A DNA stretch of 64,000 nt from the NCBI RefSeq assembly GCF_009914755.1, contig NC_060928.1; one strand, 5' to 3'. The DNA is from the human T2T-CHM13v2.0 reference genome, Homo sapiens. Positions 15,224 to 37,175 of the stretch are shown here, piece after piece. The notes beneath the pieces are model-generated. The model saw only the letters and a program-made list of their open reading frames with translations, was not told the origin of the DNA and did not search any database. Within the stretch, counting starts at the first letter, position 1, and every line of letters begins with the position of its first letter. Made by a program: the position numbers and the translations under genes.

Positions 15224-15940
15224 CAGAGATCCTCAGGGGATGCGTTCCTAGACCCACAGTAGATGCCTGAAACTGTGGGTGGTTCTGAACCCTCTGTATA
15301 CAATGTTTTTTCCGGTACATACATACTTGTGATAAAGTTTAATTATTAAATTAGGCACAGTTAAAAGAGTAACAACAATAACTAATGATAAAATATTATT
15401 AGAACAATATACTGTAATAAAAGTTACGTGAATGTGTACTCGCTCTCCTCCCCATCTCAAAATACTTTATTGTACTGTACTTAACCTTCTTGTGATGTGA
15501 GATGATAAAATACCTTCTTGATGAGATGAAGTGAGATGAATAATGTAGGCATTGTGAGGTAGCAGTAGGCTGCTATTGACCTTCTGGGGATATGTCAGGA
15601 CAAAGATCATTTGCTTCAGGTGATCTGAGACTGTTGAGCCATGATGATGTTGATGGTTGGAGTTCAGGAGCAGATAATGTTGATGTCTGTGTCAACAACT
15701 AATGGGCAGGTAGCATATACAGCGTGGATAAAGGACAAAGGGATGAGTCACATTCTGAATCAGATGGAAGTGTGAGATTTCATTATGCAACTCAGAACGG
15801 CATGCAATTTAAAACTTACAAATTGTTTATTTCCAGAACTTTCCATTTAATATTCTCAGACCACAGTTGACTGTGAAAATTTCCAAAACCGTGGAAATGA
15901 AATTATGGAAAGTAAAACTGCTGATAAGGGGCAACTGCTG
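15224..15940. mobile_element. MER44-like TcMar-Tigger non-autonomous element
   Basis: TA flanks on both sides, CAG...CTG termini, GATAAGGGG..ACTGCTG end, MER44-like internal motifs. Confidence 0.75.
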
Positions 15941-16432
15941 TAGTTCTCTGGGGGGGGAAATGAGGTTCTGGAACCATGGCTGATCATCATGAAGGTTAGA
16001 CTGATAGAAACCTAGAATGGATTAGGTGCCTCTGTACATTAAGTATGTTGTGGAATTTTTGTCAAAATATTAAAACTGCTTCTATACATATCTGTCTCCT
16101 TTACTAAACTATAAACTCTTTCAGAGCAGAGTCTGTGTCTTGTTAGCCATTTGCTTAGCATGTTCTAGGCACTTACCTAAGTATTTAATGATGAGTCATT
16201 GCATGAATCTAGTAACTTTCTTTTGAGTGGCTAACCTCTCAAAATTAATAGTGTAACTTAAATGTATGTGTAATGGTGATAATATCGTACTCCCTTATTA
16301 GCATATATTTCTTTGAAAAAGCAAGGAATTTTCTCAAGATATATGGTATAGGTTTCCTCATACTTTTTATGATGTAATATGTATTGGTTTACTGATATTT
16401 TTTCAGTCTCATGTGTATTTTAAGAGCCATTA

Positions 16433-17188
<756 letters not shown>

Positions 17189-17776
17189 ACTTTATTTATT
17201 CTTTTATCAGCAATAATTAAATCCAACACATATACTTACTCATTTTTATTGGTTGATTTGGTGGCCTAAAGTATGTTTCTCTTTTTAGATTAGTGTTGAT
17301 AGGTTTTGTGTTTTTTGTAGCCAGAGTATCTGGAGAAGAGCTGTTTGAAAATGTCCCCGTTACGTGATTCTCTTTTCAGAATGATTCAGTGTAGGGGGGA
17401 GGAGCCAAGATGGCCGAATAGGAACAGCTCCGGTCTACAGCTCCCAGCGTGAGCAACGCAGAAGACGGGTGATTTCTGCATTTCCATCTGAGCTTTGAAG
17501 AGAGCAGTGGTTCTCCCAGCACGCAGCTGGAGATCTGAGAACGGGCAGACTGCCTCCTCAAGTGGGTCCCTGACCCCTGACCCCCGAGCAGCCTAACTGG
17601 GAGGCACCCCCCAGCAGGGGCACACTGACACCTCACACGGCAGGGTATTCCAACAGACCTGCAGCTGAGGGACCTGTCTGTTAGAAGGAAAACTAACAAA
17701 CAGAAAGGACATCCACACCAAAAACCCATCTGTACATCACCATCATCAAAGACCAAAAGTAGATAAAACCACAAAG

Positions 17777-18791
17777 ATGGGGAAAAAACAGAACAGAAAA
17801 ACTGGAAACTCTAAAACGCAGAGCGCCTCTCCTCCTCCAAAGGAACGCAGTTCCTCACCAGCAACGGAACAAAGCTGGATGGAGAATGATTTTGACGAGC
17901 TGAGAGAAGAAGGCTTCAGACGATCAAATTACTCTGAGCTACGGGAGGACATTCAAACCAAAGGCAAAGAAGTTGAAAACTTTGAAAAAAATTTAGAAGA
18001 ATATATAACTAGAATAACCAATACAGAGAAGTGCTTAAAGGAGCTGATGGAGCTGAAAACCAAGGCTCGAGAACTACGTGAAGAATGCAGAAGCCTCAGG
18101 AGCCGATGCGATCAACTGGAAGAAAGGATATCAGCAATGGAAGATGAAATGAATGAAATGAAGCGAGAAGGGAAGTTTAGAGAAAAAAGAATAAAAAGAA
18201 ATGAGCAAAGCCTCCAAGAAATATGGGACTATGTGAAAAGACCAAATCTACGTCTGATTGGTGTACCTGAAAGTGAGGCGGAGAATGGAACCAAGTTGGA
18301 AAACACTCTGCAGGATATTATCCAGGAGAACTTCCCCAATCTAGCAAGGCAGGCCAACGTTCAGATTCAGGAAATACAGAGAACGCCACAAAGATACTCC
18401 TCGAGAAGAGCAACTCCAAGACACATAATTGTCAGATTCACCAAAGTTGAAATGAAGGAAAAAATGTTAAGGGCAGCCAGAGAGAAAGGTCGGGTTACCC
18501 TCAAAGGGAAGCCCATCAGACTAACAGCGGATCTCTCGGCAGAAACCCTACAAGCCAGAAGAGTGGGGGCCAATATTCAACATTCTTAAAGAAAAGAATT
18601 TTCAACCCAGAATTTCATATCCAGCCAAACTAAGCTTCATAAGTGAAGGAGAAATAAAATACTTTACAGACAAGCAAATGCTGAGAGATTTTGTCACCAC
18701 CAGGCCTGCCCTAAAAGAGCTCCTGAAGGAAGCGCTAAACATGGAAAGGAACAACCGGTACCACCCGCTGCAAAATCATGCCAAAATGTAA
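17777..18791 (+). pseudogene. L1 ORF1p, disabled by a 2-nt deletion near 18560
   Basis: Starts MGKKQNRKTGNSK; AGAAGAGTGGGGG versus consensus AGAAGAGAGTGGGGG; native stop TAA at 18789-18791 gives 1015 nt (1017 minus 2). Confidence 0.93.
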
Positions 18792-18827
18792 AGACCATCG
18801 AGACTAGGAAGAAACTGCATCAACTAA

Positions 18828-22680
<3,853 letters not shown>

Positions 22681-25648
22681 ACAATGAGATCACATGGACA
22701 CAGGAAGGGGAATATCACACTCTGGGGACTGTGGTGGGGTGGGGGGAGGGGGGAGGGATAGCATTGGGCGATATACCTAATGCTAGATGACGAGTTAGTG
22801 GGTGCAGCGCACCAGCATGGCACATGTATACATATGTAACTAACGTGCACAATATGCACATGTACCCTAAAACTTAAAGTATTAAAAAAAAAAAAGATTC
22901 AGTGTAGTTGTAGTGCTAGATATATTATATGGAATTATCAGCAGTTTACCAGTTGGTTCTTTATTAGTACTCCTGATGTCTTAAACAAAAATGAATAATT
23001 GTTTATCTTTTCTCAAAGTGTCTCATCTGTTCAGTAACAATCACAGTTTTCTCCGACAGTCTTGCATATTACTTTTTTTTAAAGTGCTTTGGTTTGATAT
23101 TTCTTTCATTCATTTCTCAGAATAGAACTTAATTCTTCCCTCTTCCAAACATATGCTTTTTAAATATTGAATTTCCTCAAAATATTTCATAGTTAACGCA
23201 GCCAATATCTTAGCCATCTTCCCCAATAAATCAAAAACCTCTACCAAAAGTTACATAAAATTATTCATTGTCATTTCAGCATTAGGCCATCTTTTAACCT
23301 TTGGGTAATTAATATCAAATTTCTACTTGGTCAGCAATATCTCCCTTTTTTCTTCCCCATTCTCAACCCCTTTCTTGAACCTCATTCGATAACTGCTGAA
23401 TTTCTTTTCTTTCTAGGATTATACTTGAAAGGAAATTGTGATTTATTCCCATTAAACTTTAAAAACATTTTGGCTTTATTTAAGCCAACATGATTCTATT
23501 TGGATTTGCTTTCTTTTTCACTACAGATCTTAATCACTTCTGTTTCTTTTATGCCCTGTGTTTCTACATTTATTTATTTTTTCTTTATTAATGCTTAAAT
23601 TCTTTCCCTCCTCAGCTCCAGCACCCATTTCCCTTCCTTTTCTTGCTTCACAACCCTTCTCCTTTGGGGAAGTTATAAGATTAGAGTGAGATGACCCTCA
23701 GCTCCACTCACTAGGTTACAGGATTCATTATTAATCCTACAGATTAGTTTTAGTCATGTGAGCCATGGTGATTTTGGTCTCTTTTTCTTTTTTGGAAGGT
23801 AGGTGGAAGAAAAGACTTTTGTGTTGCTCTGAATTGTGTGGTGTGTGCCTGTAAGAGCTAGAATTAGTATAGTCGTTTTTCTACTCTGATACAAGCTAGT
23901 CTGATGACAGTGCCACACACAGACGAGGAGAAAGTTGAGGAGATCTCAGAGAAATGAAGCAGGAGCCTTGATTAACCTGTTTATGAAGCTCATTCTACTT
24001 CCAGACTTTACAATGATGTGATCTCTGAGCTGATAAATTCTTCTACTGGAGTACAGTACAGTAGTTTCTATTACTTCCAGTATATCCTAACTGATATATA
24101 CAAATTGTAACATTTTTTTAAAAATCTAAAGTACAGTAAGCATATTGTTGGTCAGCCTAAATAACAGAGAGAGGCTCTCTTAACAGAAATGATATTTAGG
24201 AATAGGGCATTGCCATGGGAATACATGTGCCATGATAAACTATGCATGTTTCAGGGAAGTACAGGAAAACAAAGGTTTTTAATAGAAAAAAATGAGAAGG
24301 ATTACATAATTGTTTTGAGATAATTATCCTTGGCTACAAGGATCACACTGGTCTGAGGTTGGACAGACAGTTGCTGGGCAGATGTCTTTCCAGAAGTATT
24401 TTTTGTGTAAGGTTGTGACAGCCTTTGTGTAAGGTTGTAGTTTTTGAAGAATGTTTTGTGATAGTTTTTGTCAGGCATTTATTCATGAGAACCCTATTTT
24501 CATAGCCTTTCCTGACTCTGTTTGTTAGGATTTTTTTGTTTTTGTTTTTAACACGAGTGACTCTTGATTTCAACAGCTTTAATTTTCTCCCTTTTGATCA
24601 AGATCTTTCTCTGAAGGCATTGATGATCAGTCTTCCTGTAATTAGGTTTTGATTGTCCCTTGGTGCTGGGATGGACTGGTTTGGTCCCACATTGGAGAGG
24701 GTGATTGGTGACCAGGAATCAGTGTTAAAATTTTTCTAGCCACATTTGAGCAACAAGGGAGATTGAAGGTGAGTGGTTCTTGGTCTAAGCCTATCTGGAG
24801 ACCATCATTAAGTTTAATTTTCTCTGTTTTGTAGGTGCTTGCTGTCATCTCAAAGTGCTGAGCTAGTATTATTTTGTTAGGAGTTGTACTTCTGCAAAAA
24901 TTTAACAAGTAACAGATACAAAGTTTAAGAAAGGAAAATACAAAGTAAAATTCATAATAATATGGCAATCCCAGTTTGCATAATGGTTTTGAGCCATGAA
25001 ACCTAGCGTAAAGACAACTAATTAAATAATTCCAGTGGCCATAGAGAATTTGGTGAGACCTATTGTAACCATGTGGCCTGTTTTCTTATTTTATGTATAT
25101 GGGGTCTCAACTTTCCCATAGGAATTTATCCAGTTACAGCATGTGGTATTAGCAATAGCACAGGCATTTTCTTATTTAACCAGTTGATACAAAAAGATCT
25201 CTTAGGTTTCATTCTTTCAAACTACCAGCAGAAGCCACTGATTGTTAAATTTCAGTTATGGCATTCTCCTATCAAGTGAAAAAAAGTAGCATTGAGGTGC
25301 GTAAGAGTCTTACTATTATATAAAAGTCTTGTTCCAACACCTTGGGAAAAACCGTCTACCATGTAAAAATGTCACCTCCTTGTCTTGGTTTGCAGTTTGA
25401 ATGTCTCTAGTTAGGGCATCGGGTGGTTTGGTGAACTTTCCGTGTGATTCGTACATCAGGCCCAGGACTTGTTCCTTCAGATCCATCTAGTTTCAGTTTA
25501 TAAAGCTTTAGGAAAATTTAGGATTCGTTCTAGTCTACAGGTAGATAAGAACTATTTTAAAACAATGCACAGAGCTACAATCTAATAAGGATGTGTTTTA
25601 TAGTTTTTTTTAATAAACATAACTTTCTCTGTATAGTCATCGTGATTT

Positions 25649-25757
25649 ATTTATTTAATTTTTTGAGACAGAGTCTCTCTCTGTTGCCCAGGCTGGAGTG
25701 CACTGGTGCGATCTGAGCTCACTGCAACCTCCACGTCCTGGGTTCAAGTGATTCTCC
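25649..25757 (-). mobile_element. 5'-truncated Alu (partial right arm only)
   Basis: About 95 nt of right arm plus tail; TSD AGTCATC(G/C)TGATTT at 25635-25648 and 25759-25772. Confidence 0.88.
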
Positions 25758-26471
25758 AAGTCATCCTGATTTTTATCAAAGATAATCAGAGTAAGACAAA
25801 CTTGTTTGTAAAATAAGTTTTATCAATAATTGCCTGTAAGAAGTGATTTGATCACACGGTATTCCCAGATTTAAAAACTCTTAAGGCTGCAAAGCCAAAC
25901 CAAGGCAGATTTTAGATTTTACCTACACTCTTAAGGTTCCTGAGCTTGTGGGAAGTGACACTTTTTACTCACTCACTGTGAGGCTGGGAACCCTTGAAAC
26001 CAAGCATCGTATGCACATTCTCAAATATGATATTTCAGTCAAAGCCTTGGTAACACAACCAGTGTATTTTATTGTATCTTGATAGAAAAACAATAGATTT
26101 TTATTGAACCTTTCAGTTAACCATATTGCCATAAGAATACTCACAAATAATTTTTGAATTGGGGGGGCAGTCAAATAAGGAGAAAATGCAACTATTTCTA
26201 CCTTTGTTCATAAAAGTATACTTTATTAAATTGCCTAAAGAGAAAGTTTCCTTAAATCTGGAAAACAGAACATTTAAGTAAATAACTAATAGTGTTTCAT
26301 ATAAAAGTCATGGAAACATTATCTTTATCATTTATTTAATCTCATCTGTTTTATTTTTGCTTCATCTTAACAGTCTTTTGAACCCATCAGTTTATTAGTG
26401 TTCTAGAAAAAAAAGATTTAGTCCATTAATCTTAAAGTTATTAGAAACCTGCATTTAAAAGGACCCATTAG

Positions 26472-28361
<1,890 letters not shown>

Positions 28362-31300
28362 GTAAATACTTTTATAAAAATTCAAAACAGTAACTGTGGA
28401 TGTCAGAGACTTAAGAGTGGCTATGGTTAAAAATCCAATGGAAGTTTATTATCAACAATTGACAAGAAAATTTAGTTATATTTGTGGCATATGACATATT
28501 ATCTAGAATTCTGACTGATTACATTAGATTTCTGCATTTTATATAATTTTGGAACATTCATTATCTGTAACATACACATACATGTAACTGAAAGATCTAG
28601 TATCACCTACCATTTGACAATGTTTCTTATTCAATTTATCCAATAACCCTAATCACTTAATATCTCTACAAGATGAGAGATACATTCTTTGATGCTCTCT
28701 AGGAGCCCAGTGGGGAAATCCCAAAGTTAATTCTAGGTCAAAAAATCTTAATTTAGAATTTTGAGCTTGGGAAAGCCTGCCAAAGATGTCAAAAGGTTCA
28801 AAACACTTGAACAAAACAGTAGCACAGGTCACTGTGAAATCAGTCTTTTTTATTATTATTATTTATTTTAACCAGAGTAATAATCAAAAGACTTCAAAAG
28901 CAATACAGAAAGTTACATGGATTTTAAAAATCTTAACCCTTACAAAGCTCAGTTTCCCCAACCAATCAAAAATCTAATAAAGACCACATGAAGTTATCTT
29001 GATAAAATGCAAAGTCTTTGTTTCTTTGGCCAGTTACCAAAAAGGTAAAGAGAATTTTTCTGCAGTGTAATTGCTTCTTCTTATGGTAAACCCATTTAGA
29101 TAGCCTGGAAGTTGAACCTGATGAAAAAGGTACTTCAGGTTAATCAGACAAAGGAGAAGTGTGTCTAAGGTTATGACTCTACACCTTATTATAGAGGAAT
29201 GTAAACAATAAAATTAGTACCTTGAGCAGGGGAACACGTGGATCTTAGCAGCAGCCTGAGAAATTTCCTGGTTACATGGAATAATTGAGATACATCAGGA
29301 CAAGACAAGAGTGCAGAATCAAGTTTTACTAGGAAACATTGCTTTTCTAGTCCTTCAAGACAGAACATTTCAGTTTCAGGTCACAAAAACAGAGTTAGAA
29401 CTGGAGAAAAAAGGAACTGATGAAAAAGTTAAAAAGAGAGAGTCCCAGTTATTGTCCCAGCTAAACAAAAAGATGTATTTTTCAAGAGGAGAAAGGAGGA
29501 GAGCAGAAGGCAATGATGCATGACCTGCAAATCATGTGCAGTGAGACACAGCAGAATTTAAACTTCTGAGCTATGAATATGAGAAGCTTTAAGAGGAAAA
29601 CTATACCTCAAGAAATGAAATTACCATTCTAAATGAAAAAGACAGCATTTCCAACTTGAAACTAGGGAAATTAGATGGAATCTGTTAGAAGATGGCTAAG
29701 AGATTTTAGAATTAAAAATCAAAATCTCAGTACTTCCAAGAAAACCTTGTTCTAACACAGGGGACCAAATTTTTAGTTTTGTATCAGTGTATTTTTAGTA
29801 TCAAAGCTCAATCTTTAGAAAGACTTGTAAATAATTCCCTTCTAATTATAGCCAACTTGATCACACACAATTTCTTTCCTAAATTCATCTTTCTCAAACC
29901 TTTCGTGAGCTGCATAGACCTTTGACAACATGCTTAGACTTTTTGTTTTGTCCTATATGTCCTCTTTCTTAAATAACGCACCATCTTTAGGTTGAAAATT
30001 TACCACAAGATTCTTTCTCATACAAAATTATTCTCTTTTTCTTTTTAACCTTTCTTACCAAAAATACAATTTCATACCTGTAATTTTTTTAATATCTCTC
30101 TTTCCTACTTATTTTACTTATTGGTTCCTTTTCTTATTTCCTTCTTAAATCATATTTTGAAACAACCTTTAACCTCTGAATTAGACAAAATGATTATCTC
30201 AATAGCGAATACATTTTTATGCTTTCATCGAAAACACATTTTTGTGTACTTTGTTTACAAAATTATATATATTAGAATTTTAATTCTTAGTAACAATTTT
30301 TAGTGAAAACATAGGAAGCAAGAAATTTTGAACTGTTCATTGTATATCAGTACTTTTATAGATGAGAATCATTTTGTAATTTCAGAAAATGTTTCCCCAT
30401 AATTTTTATGTTAAAAATAGACCCAAACATATTTAGGCTTTTTATAAAATTTAAGAAGCTAAGAGCAAACTTACAATTATGTTCAGCAATTTATGTTTTA
30501 ATGTTTTTTAAGAATCTTAATTGGAAAGACCCAGACATTTAATGAATATCTATTACTTAATTTAACATAACAGTGGGAATTTAGATTGCCTGAAAAGTTC
30601 ATGGGTAAACATTTATCCTGCCTACATTTACCTGGTTTATCTTTAACAATTATACCTAGATTACTTATGAAAGTTGAGATACTGGGTAAAACTAGTCATC
30701 ATTTCAAGTTATTTTTCTTTTAACCATTTATATAGACTGAATATCAGGCATTCACCTAAGTAAGAAACTAAAATATATTGGTATTTTGCCAATAACTCAG
30801 AACACACAGCTGTTTTTATTAAACTAAACAGTGTTACATTAGTCTTACCAAAGAATTATACCAACAAAGATTATTCTGTTTTAGGTTGGGTTTATAGTGT
30901 TATGGCCTTAAAACATCTAGCAGAGACAAATATAATCCTGTCTGACCAGTAAACTTAGGCAAAAATGTATGCTGATAATTTTGAATACATTTTTATTAAG
31001 TTTTAAAACCAGCTTATTTATCAAAGTTTTTTTAAGTCACGTGAACTAAAAGACATTTGGCTTAATTACTATGTATTTCATGTAAGCGCTCATTTATTTA
31101 AGCCAATCTGAATAGAATTCCTTAAGGGATTTCTGGCCAAGTACATCAGATTTTACTATGTAGACATAACATACAACATAAAATATGTGCATGTGCATAA
31201 ACACACCTAAGCATATATACATACACACAAAAATTTTGGGGTAAAACTGTTTCTATAGCAGTTTAAAAAAACAAAAAAAAACCTCTTTTACCCTTCCCCC

Positions 31301-33534
31301 ACCTTTGACTCAGTTTCACATGAGTTTAGGGTTAAATATTCAATGTTTACATTTTTAGCTAGGACTGGCTGAATTGTATGAGAAAAACAAAATTTCTAAG
31401 TGGCATTGAATTTTCGGTAACAAGTCTGTCTTTTGTTTGCCAGTCTGATTTGCTTGACTAGTCAGCGTAGCAGGGAAATCGTTTAGTGTGTTTTTGGTTT
31501 TTTGTTTTTCACCCCCGCATGGCAGAAAAAGGAATTTTTATGCTAGACAGAGATACTTTATATTGTTTCTTTGAGCTCAAGACTTTCAAGTGTTTGATCT
31601 GAGATCCTAACTTTTGTGAGCACTATATAGTTCTTTTTCTTTTAGACTATGAATCCTTCAGTTAACTGTTTCTTTACCCTAAGCAATTGTTAGTCAGGCA
31701 AACCTAAATTTACATTTCCAAAAGATACTTAAGTCGTTAGTTGTCATCGAGCTGTTATACTTTGTAAAGCTATTAATTTGAAAGTCCTTTAATACTTTTT
31801 TTTTTTTAATCTTGGCTGGAATTCCATAAGCAGTGAGTTTTATATCAACACCAGTAGGAAAATCAGCAGAATCAAAGTAAGCAAAAAAAAAAAAAAAAAG
31901 AGATGGGGAAGGTAGAAGGCTTTACATGTCAGCTTAATATTTGCAGGTTTTTTGTTTTTTTAAAAAGAGAGTTTGAATAATGACTGTTTGAGCTCTGGAT
32001 TTTCCTCGATATACTTGGTCCATCAGTTAAAAAATGAGAATAGGCCATAAGATGTAGCCTGCTGAAGTCCCCTAGAACCTGACATGCCTTAATGTTTGAG
32101 AATTCCATTCCTTTTCTTATTAATCTCTCAAAAGTACGGAAAATCCCATAAATTCTGTCAGGGTATGTCAGGACTGTTGTTTTAGGTGCTGGTGACTGTC
32201 CTACTGGCTTTTAATTAATCATTCTGTGTCCATCAGGCTACAAGGATCAATAATAAGAGTGAGGCCAGTCTCAGGTTGGTCATGCAGTTGCTGGGCAGAT
32301 GTCCTCACTGAGGTTGTAAGTTTGTGATGGTCTTTGTGGTTTTTGCAGTCTTCTGTGATAGTTTTTGTTATCAGGGATTTATGCATGAGAACACTCTCTT
32401 CATGACCTTTTCTGGCTCTATTAGGGTTGTTTGTTTGTTTGTTTTTAAACACAGGTGACTCCATTTTGATTTGGACAACTTTCAAATTGTATAGAATGTG
32501 GAAAATATGAAAAAGTTTTTTTTTTATTTTACAAGTTTGAATTATTTCACATAAATGTAGCTTCTTTTTAAAAAAACTTATCTTTGAATGTTTATCATAT
32601 TAAATATTCTTTTAAAATGATATTATTAATGACTATATAATGTTCTTTTAGAATGCTAGACCGTAGTGATAGTTGTCTTTTAAGATGATACTGTGAGCCA
32701 CTTCACTCTTTCCTTTGGCCAAGATTAATGTTGATTTTAAGTGACTTCTTACCTTTTTTTTTTTTTTTAACTTTTCTGTGTACCTTTCTGTTGTTTTATT
32801 TTCCTGGGAAAGTGGAGTAAATTTTATATCATACTTGTATAAAGTAGTATTTCCTTAAATAGATTCCTTGGATTACTCATTTTCTTAGATGCCCTATTAA
32901 GAAGTGACTTACTTGATAAACAGTGTATACTCCTATTGGCTCACAGTAAACATTAGCAAATTGACGACTTCAAAAAATCTTGCAGATGCTAAATCTCTTT
33001 ATCTTTATTTACTTCATATTTTCCCCCAGGGTATCTGACAATAGAATGGAGATAGATCTTTTGCTGAAAATATTTTTTCACTATGTTTTATTGTGTCCTC
33101 ATTCTCTTAGTCTGCAGTAAGAAATCTGTATTTCTTATAGGTAAATATTCATATCTTCAGTAATTCAACTTCTTGGTGAACAATCTAGTTATATACTCTG
33201 CTTATACCACAGTCATTAACACATTTCCTCATGGTGTTTACATTCTCAATAAATATATCTTATTTTTTAACCATGTAACTCTTAAATTTTTTAGCAACTG
33301 CTTTATGACCTACTTAGTGGTAATTTTAAAGAAAATAGTCAAACTAGCAGATCTCCCTGCTTATTCTAGTGATGATTTCCACACACATAACTTCTCCCAC
33401 TCCCACATCCTACATTATCCCTGGAATTGAAATGAGTACAAGACTATCAAAATCATTTACTGTAATTTTATAAAATGAGTCTCACAACTTAGTTTTTTAG
33501 TGAGATCTGTTTCTGATGGTGAATCACGGTATAA

Positions 33535-34233
<699 letters not shown>

Positions 34234-36738
34234 TAGCTATCCCAAAATACTATACATCTCTTTCTCACTCAGTTGTCTTACTTTAGTTCTTACTCTTGTA
34301 AAATGTGTTAAATAACAATATTTTTCACATAATGATTTGGCAAATCAGGTCAAAATATAGTCATCAACATATAACTTCTAAATGACAGTTGTAGTAGGAA
34401 GAGCTTTGGAGAAGAAATCACAAAAGCTGGTTTCTTATTCCTTTTCCAGTGTAATCTTATTATATGGCCTTATTTGTAATATGAAGAACATGACCTATCA
34501 TCCCTATCTCAGATGACTTTTTAAATGAAGAGATTAATGTGTTTGAAAGAGCTTTGAAATTTTTACAAATGCTCTTAATAAAAAATTAAGACACAGTGTT
34601 TATGGAAGTCAGATAACATTAAAAAGATTGAATAGCTTTCAGTCAGGTACCTTTTAATGAGGACAGTGTGAGTCTAATGAGTAGGAATTAGCTAAAATGG
34701 TAGGGTGAGGGGGGTGGCATTTCAGAGAGGGAACATCATGTGCAGAAAGGAGTTATGAAATAAGATGATTAGTATGGATTACTATAAGTAATTTAGTATG
34801 GCTAGAGTGTAGGATGTCCATGGAGGAGTATCAAGAGATAGGATTAGGAAATATGGATGTGCTTGAATGTTTAATGAAAAGATGTGGAGGATTGCTTAAA
34901 AATTTAAAGGAATGACATAAACTTTGCATTTTCAGAAGTTTATTCTTATACTATTGTAGATGAAAGATGCGGACAGGGCAGGGGAGGCAAACCGGAGTTA
35001 GGGAGACTTGAGGAGGCTATTGCATTTAACAAGGGTCTGAACTGAGAACTTGAAGTAATATGAATGTAGAAAGGAAAAAGATAGATGCAAAAGACAATAG
35101 TGAAATGGAATCTATGGGACCTATGTTCTGATTAAATGTGGGGGTAGGAAGCTATTTACTAAAAGAGAAAATTTTATAATTATTCTAGGGCTTCTGGCTT
35201 AAATGGGTTTCCTACCATTCACTGAGTTAGAGACCAAAATGAATTTAAAGGAAAGAGGGTAAATTTGATTTTGATTTTGTTAAATTTGAGGTATTTAGCA
35301 TATACCCAAGTGCAAATGCTTTGTTTTCTGTTGCATAAAAGGAGAGAGGATTGGGGACTTGTCTCTTTGGTAATTGAAGCCTTGGGTTTAGATCAGATCA
35401 CCCAAAGCAGCATAGGGCTAAGTCTCTTTGTTACACCCTATTTTTAAAATCTACCCCTTGAGAAATATACAATTCCCCAGAAACCTTGATATCCATGGCC
35501 CCCCTTTGATTCATATTTGTGGTCCTTAATCCCAAGTCTGAGCCTTCAGTGAAAACCTGTCTTCTCACAATCTGCCGTAAGGATCCCTAGGCCACTATTT
35601 TACCACTTTTTTATTGTTCTCATAACTCTAAGTAAAACTTAAAATGTTTTTTATTACTCTAAAGCTATATTACCAATCTAATCCAAATACACTTTTAACC
35701 TAATAGAGTCTTAGTAATAGCAGTCATTATTTTTATTTTTTTAACTTGGAGTTTACTATAAATTGGTCAATTGCTTTTCATTAGTTTATCCTCATGAAAC
35801 CTATATGATAATATAACATCATAAATTCAGTTTATTGTAGTAGCATACCTGGAAATTCCCTCTTGGTATTTAACTGTAAAGGCAATTATTTTAATATGTT
35901 TACTTGGCAGCTTTGTTTGGAACTTGAGCCTTTCTCAAGCTATAACCTTAAATTATGAGTTCCCTCCCATTCTCCTTACTCCCTCCTTTGTAATACTTTG
36001 TATTGACCTTGACGATTTGTGTGAGTTGTGCTTTAAACTCTGCTCATATGACATTATAGGCTGGCTTCTTGATTTACTCTTATTCCAAGTTTCTCTGGCC
36101 TGATTGCCCAATTTTCCTTTTCTTTCCTATATCTGGCAGTGTCATAACTAAGCTGCCTCCTTGCTACCAGGAGGTCAGGTGGAGTGAGGACATAGGGCTT
36201 CAGGGACAGAATGAGTGCTGGAAGAACTTCAGGGGCTATTGTGATGGATATGACTCCTGCCTCAGCTCACACAGATACTATTTTAAAGTAGCAATTGCCC
36301 GTCTTATATGGGTCCTCAAAATTCAAAAACTGCCAGTTGCCTATAATTTGTAGGCATTCTCAAACATTTTTGTCACTGCACCTAGATGTGAAGGAGGAGA
36401 AAGATGTTGAATTGATTCCTGCAAACATTAAAAAGGAGTGTAGTTAAAATGTCAATAGTAGTCTGGCTACAGATAGTGAAGAGTCTACCTTTTTTTTTTA
36501 AACAAGACTTCTGATCACAGTGCATCGTTTTTGATTTTTTTTTTTAACAAGTAGCCATTCATTTGGACATGGAATCATCAACCCCTGACTACTCCTTAGT
36601 GCCATTTTAAAATTGTTTCAAGGGTTTTCACAGATATCTGAGAACATCCTCAGTTCACAGGTCAATATACATTTTGAGATACAGTGTAATGCCAGTGCAA
36701 AAAGTATATATGAAATGAAGTTAAAACTTTGTAGTTTA

Positions 36739-37175
36739 TACAAGCTGGAATAGCTATTATTAAAAAGTCAAAAAATAACAGGTGGTGGTGAGGTTGCAGA
36801 GAAAAGGGAATGCTTATACAATGCTGGTGGGAATGTAAATAGTTCAGCCATTGTGGAAATTAGCTTGGCCATTTTACAAAGAACTTAAAATAGAACTACC
36901 ATTCTACCCAACAGTTGTATTATTGGGCATGTACCCAAAGGAATAGAAATCATTCTACAAGTTGGAATAGCTGTTATTAAAAAGTCAAAAAATAAAAGAT
37001 GGTGGTGAGGTTGCAGAGAAAAGGGAATGCTTATACACTGCTGGTGGGAATGTAAATAGTTCAGCCATTGTGGAAATTAGCTTGGCCATTTTACAAAGAA
37101 CTTAAAACAGAACTACCATTCTACCCAACAATTGTATTATTGGTCATGTACCCAAAGGAATAGAAATCATTCTAC
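36739..37175 (+). repeat. Direct tandem duplication, 217-bp unit x2
   Basis: Offset 217 (GTACCCAAAG at 36931 and 37148); about 8 mismatches counted by eye. Confidence 0.93.
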
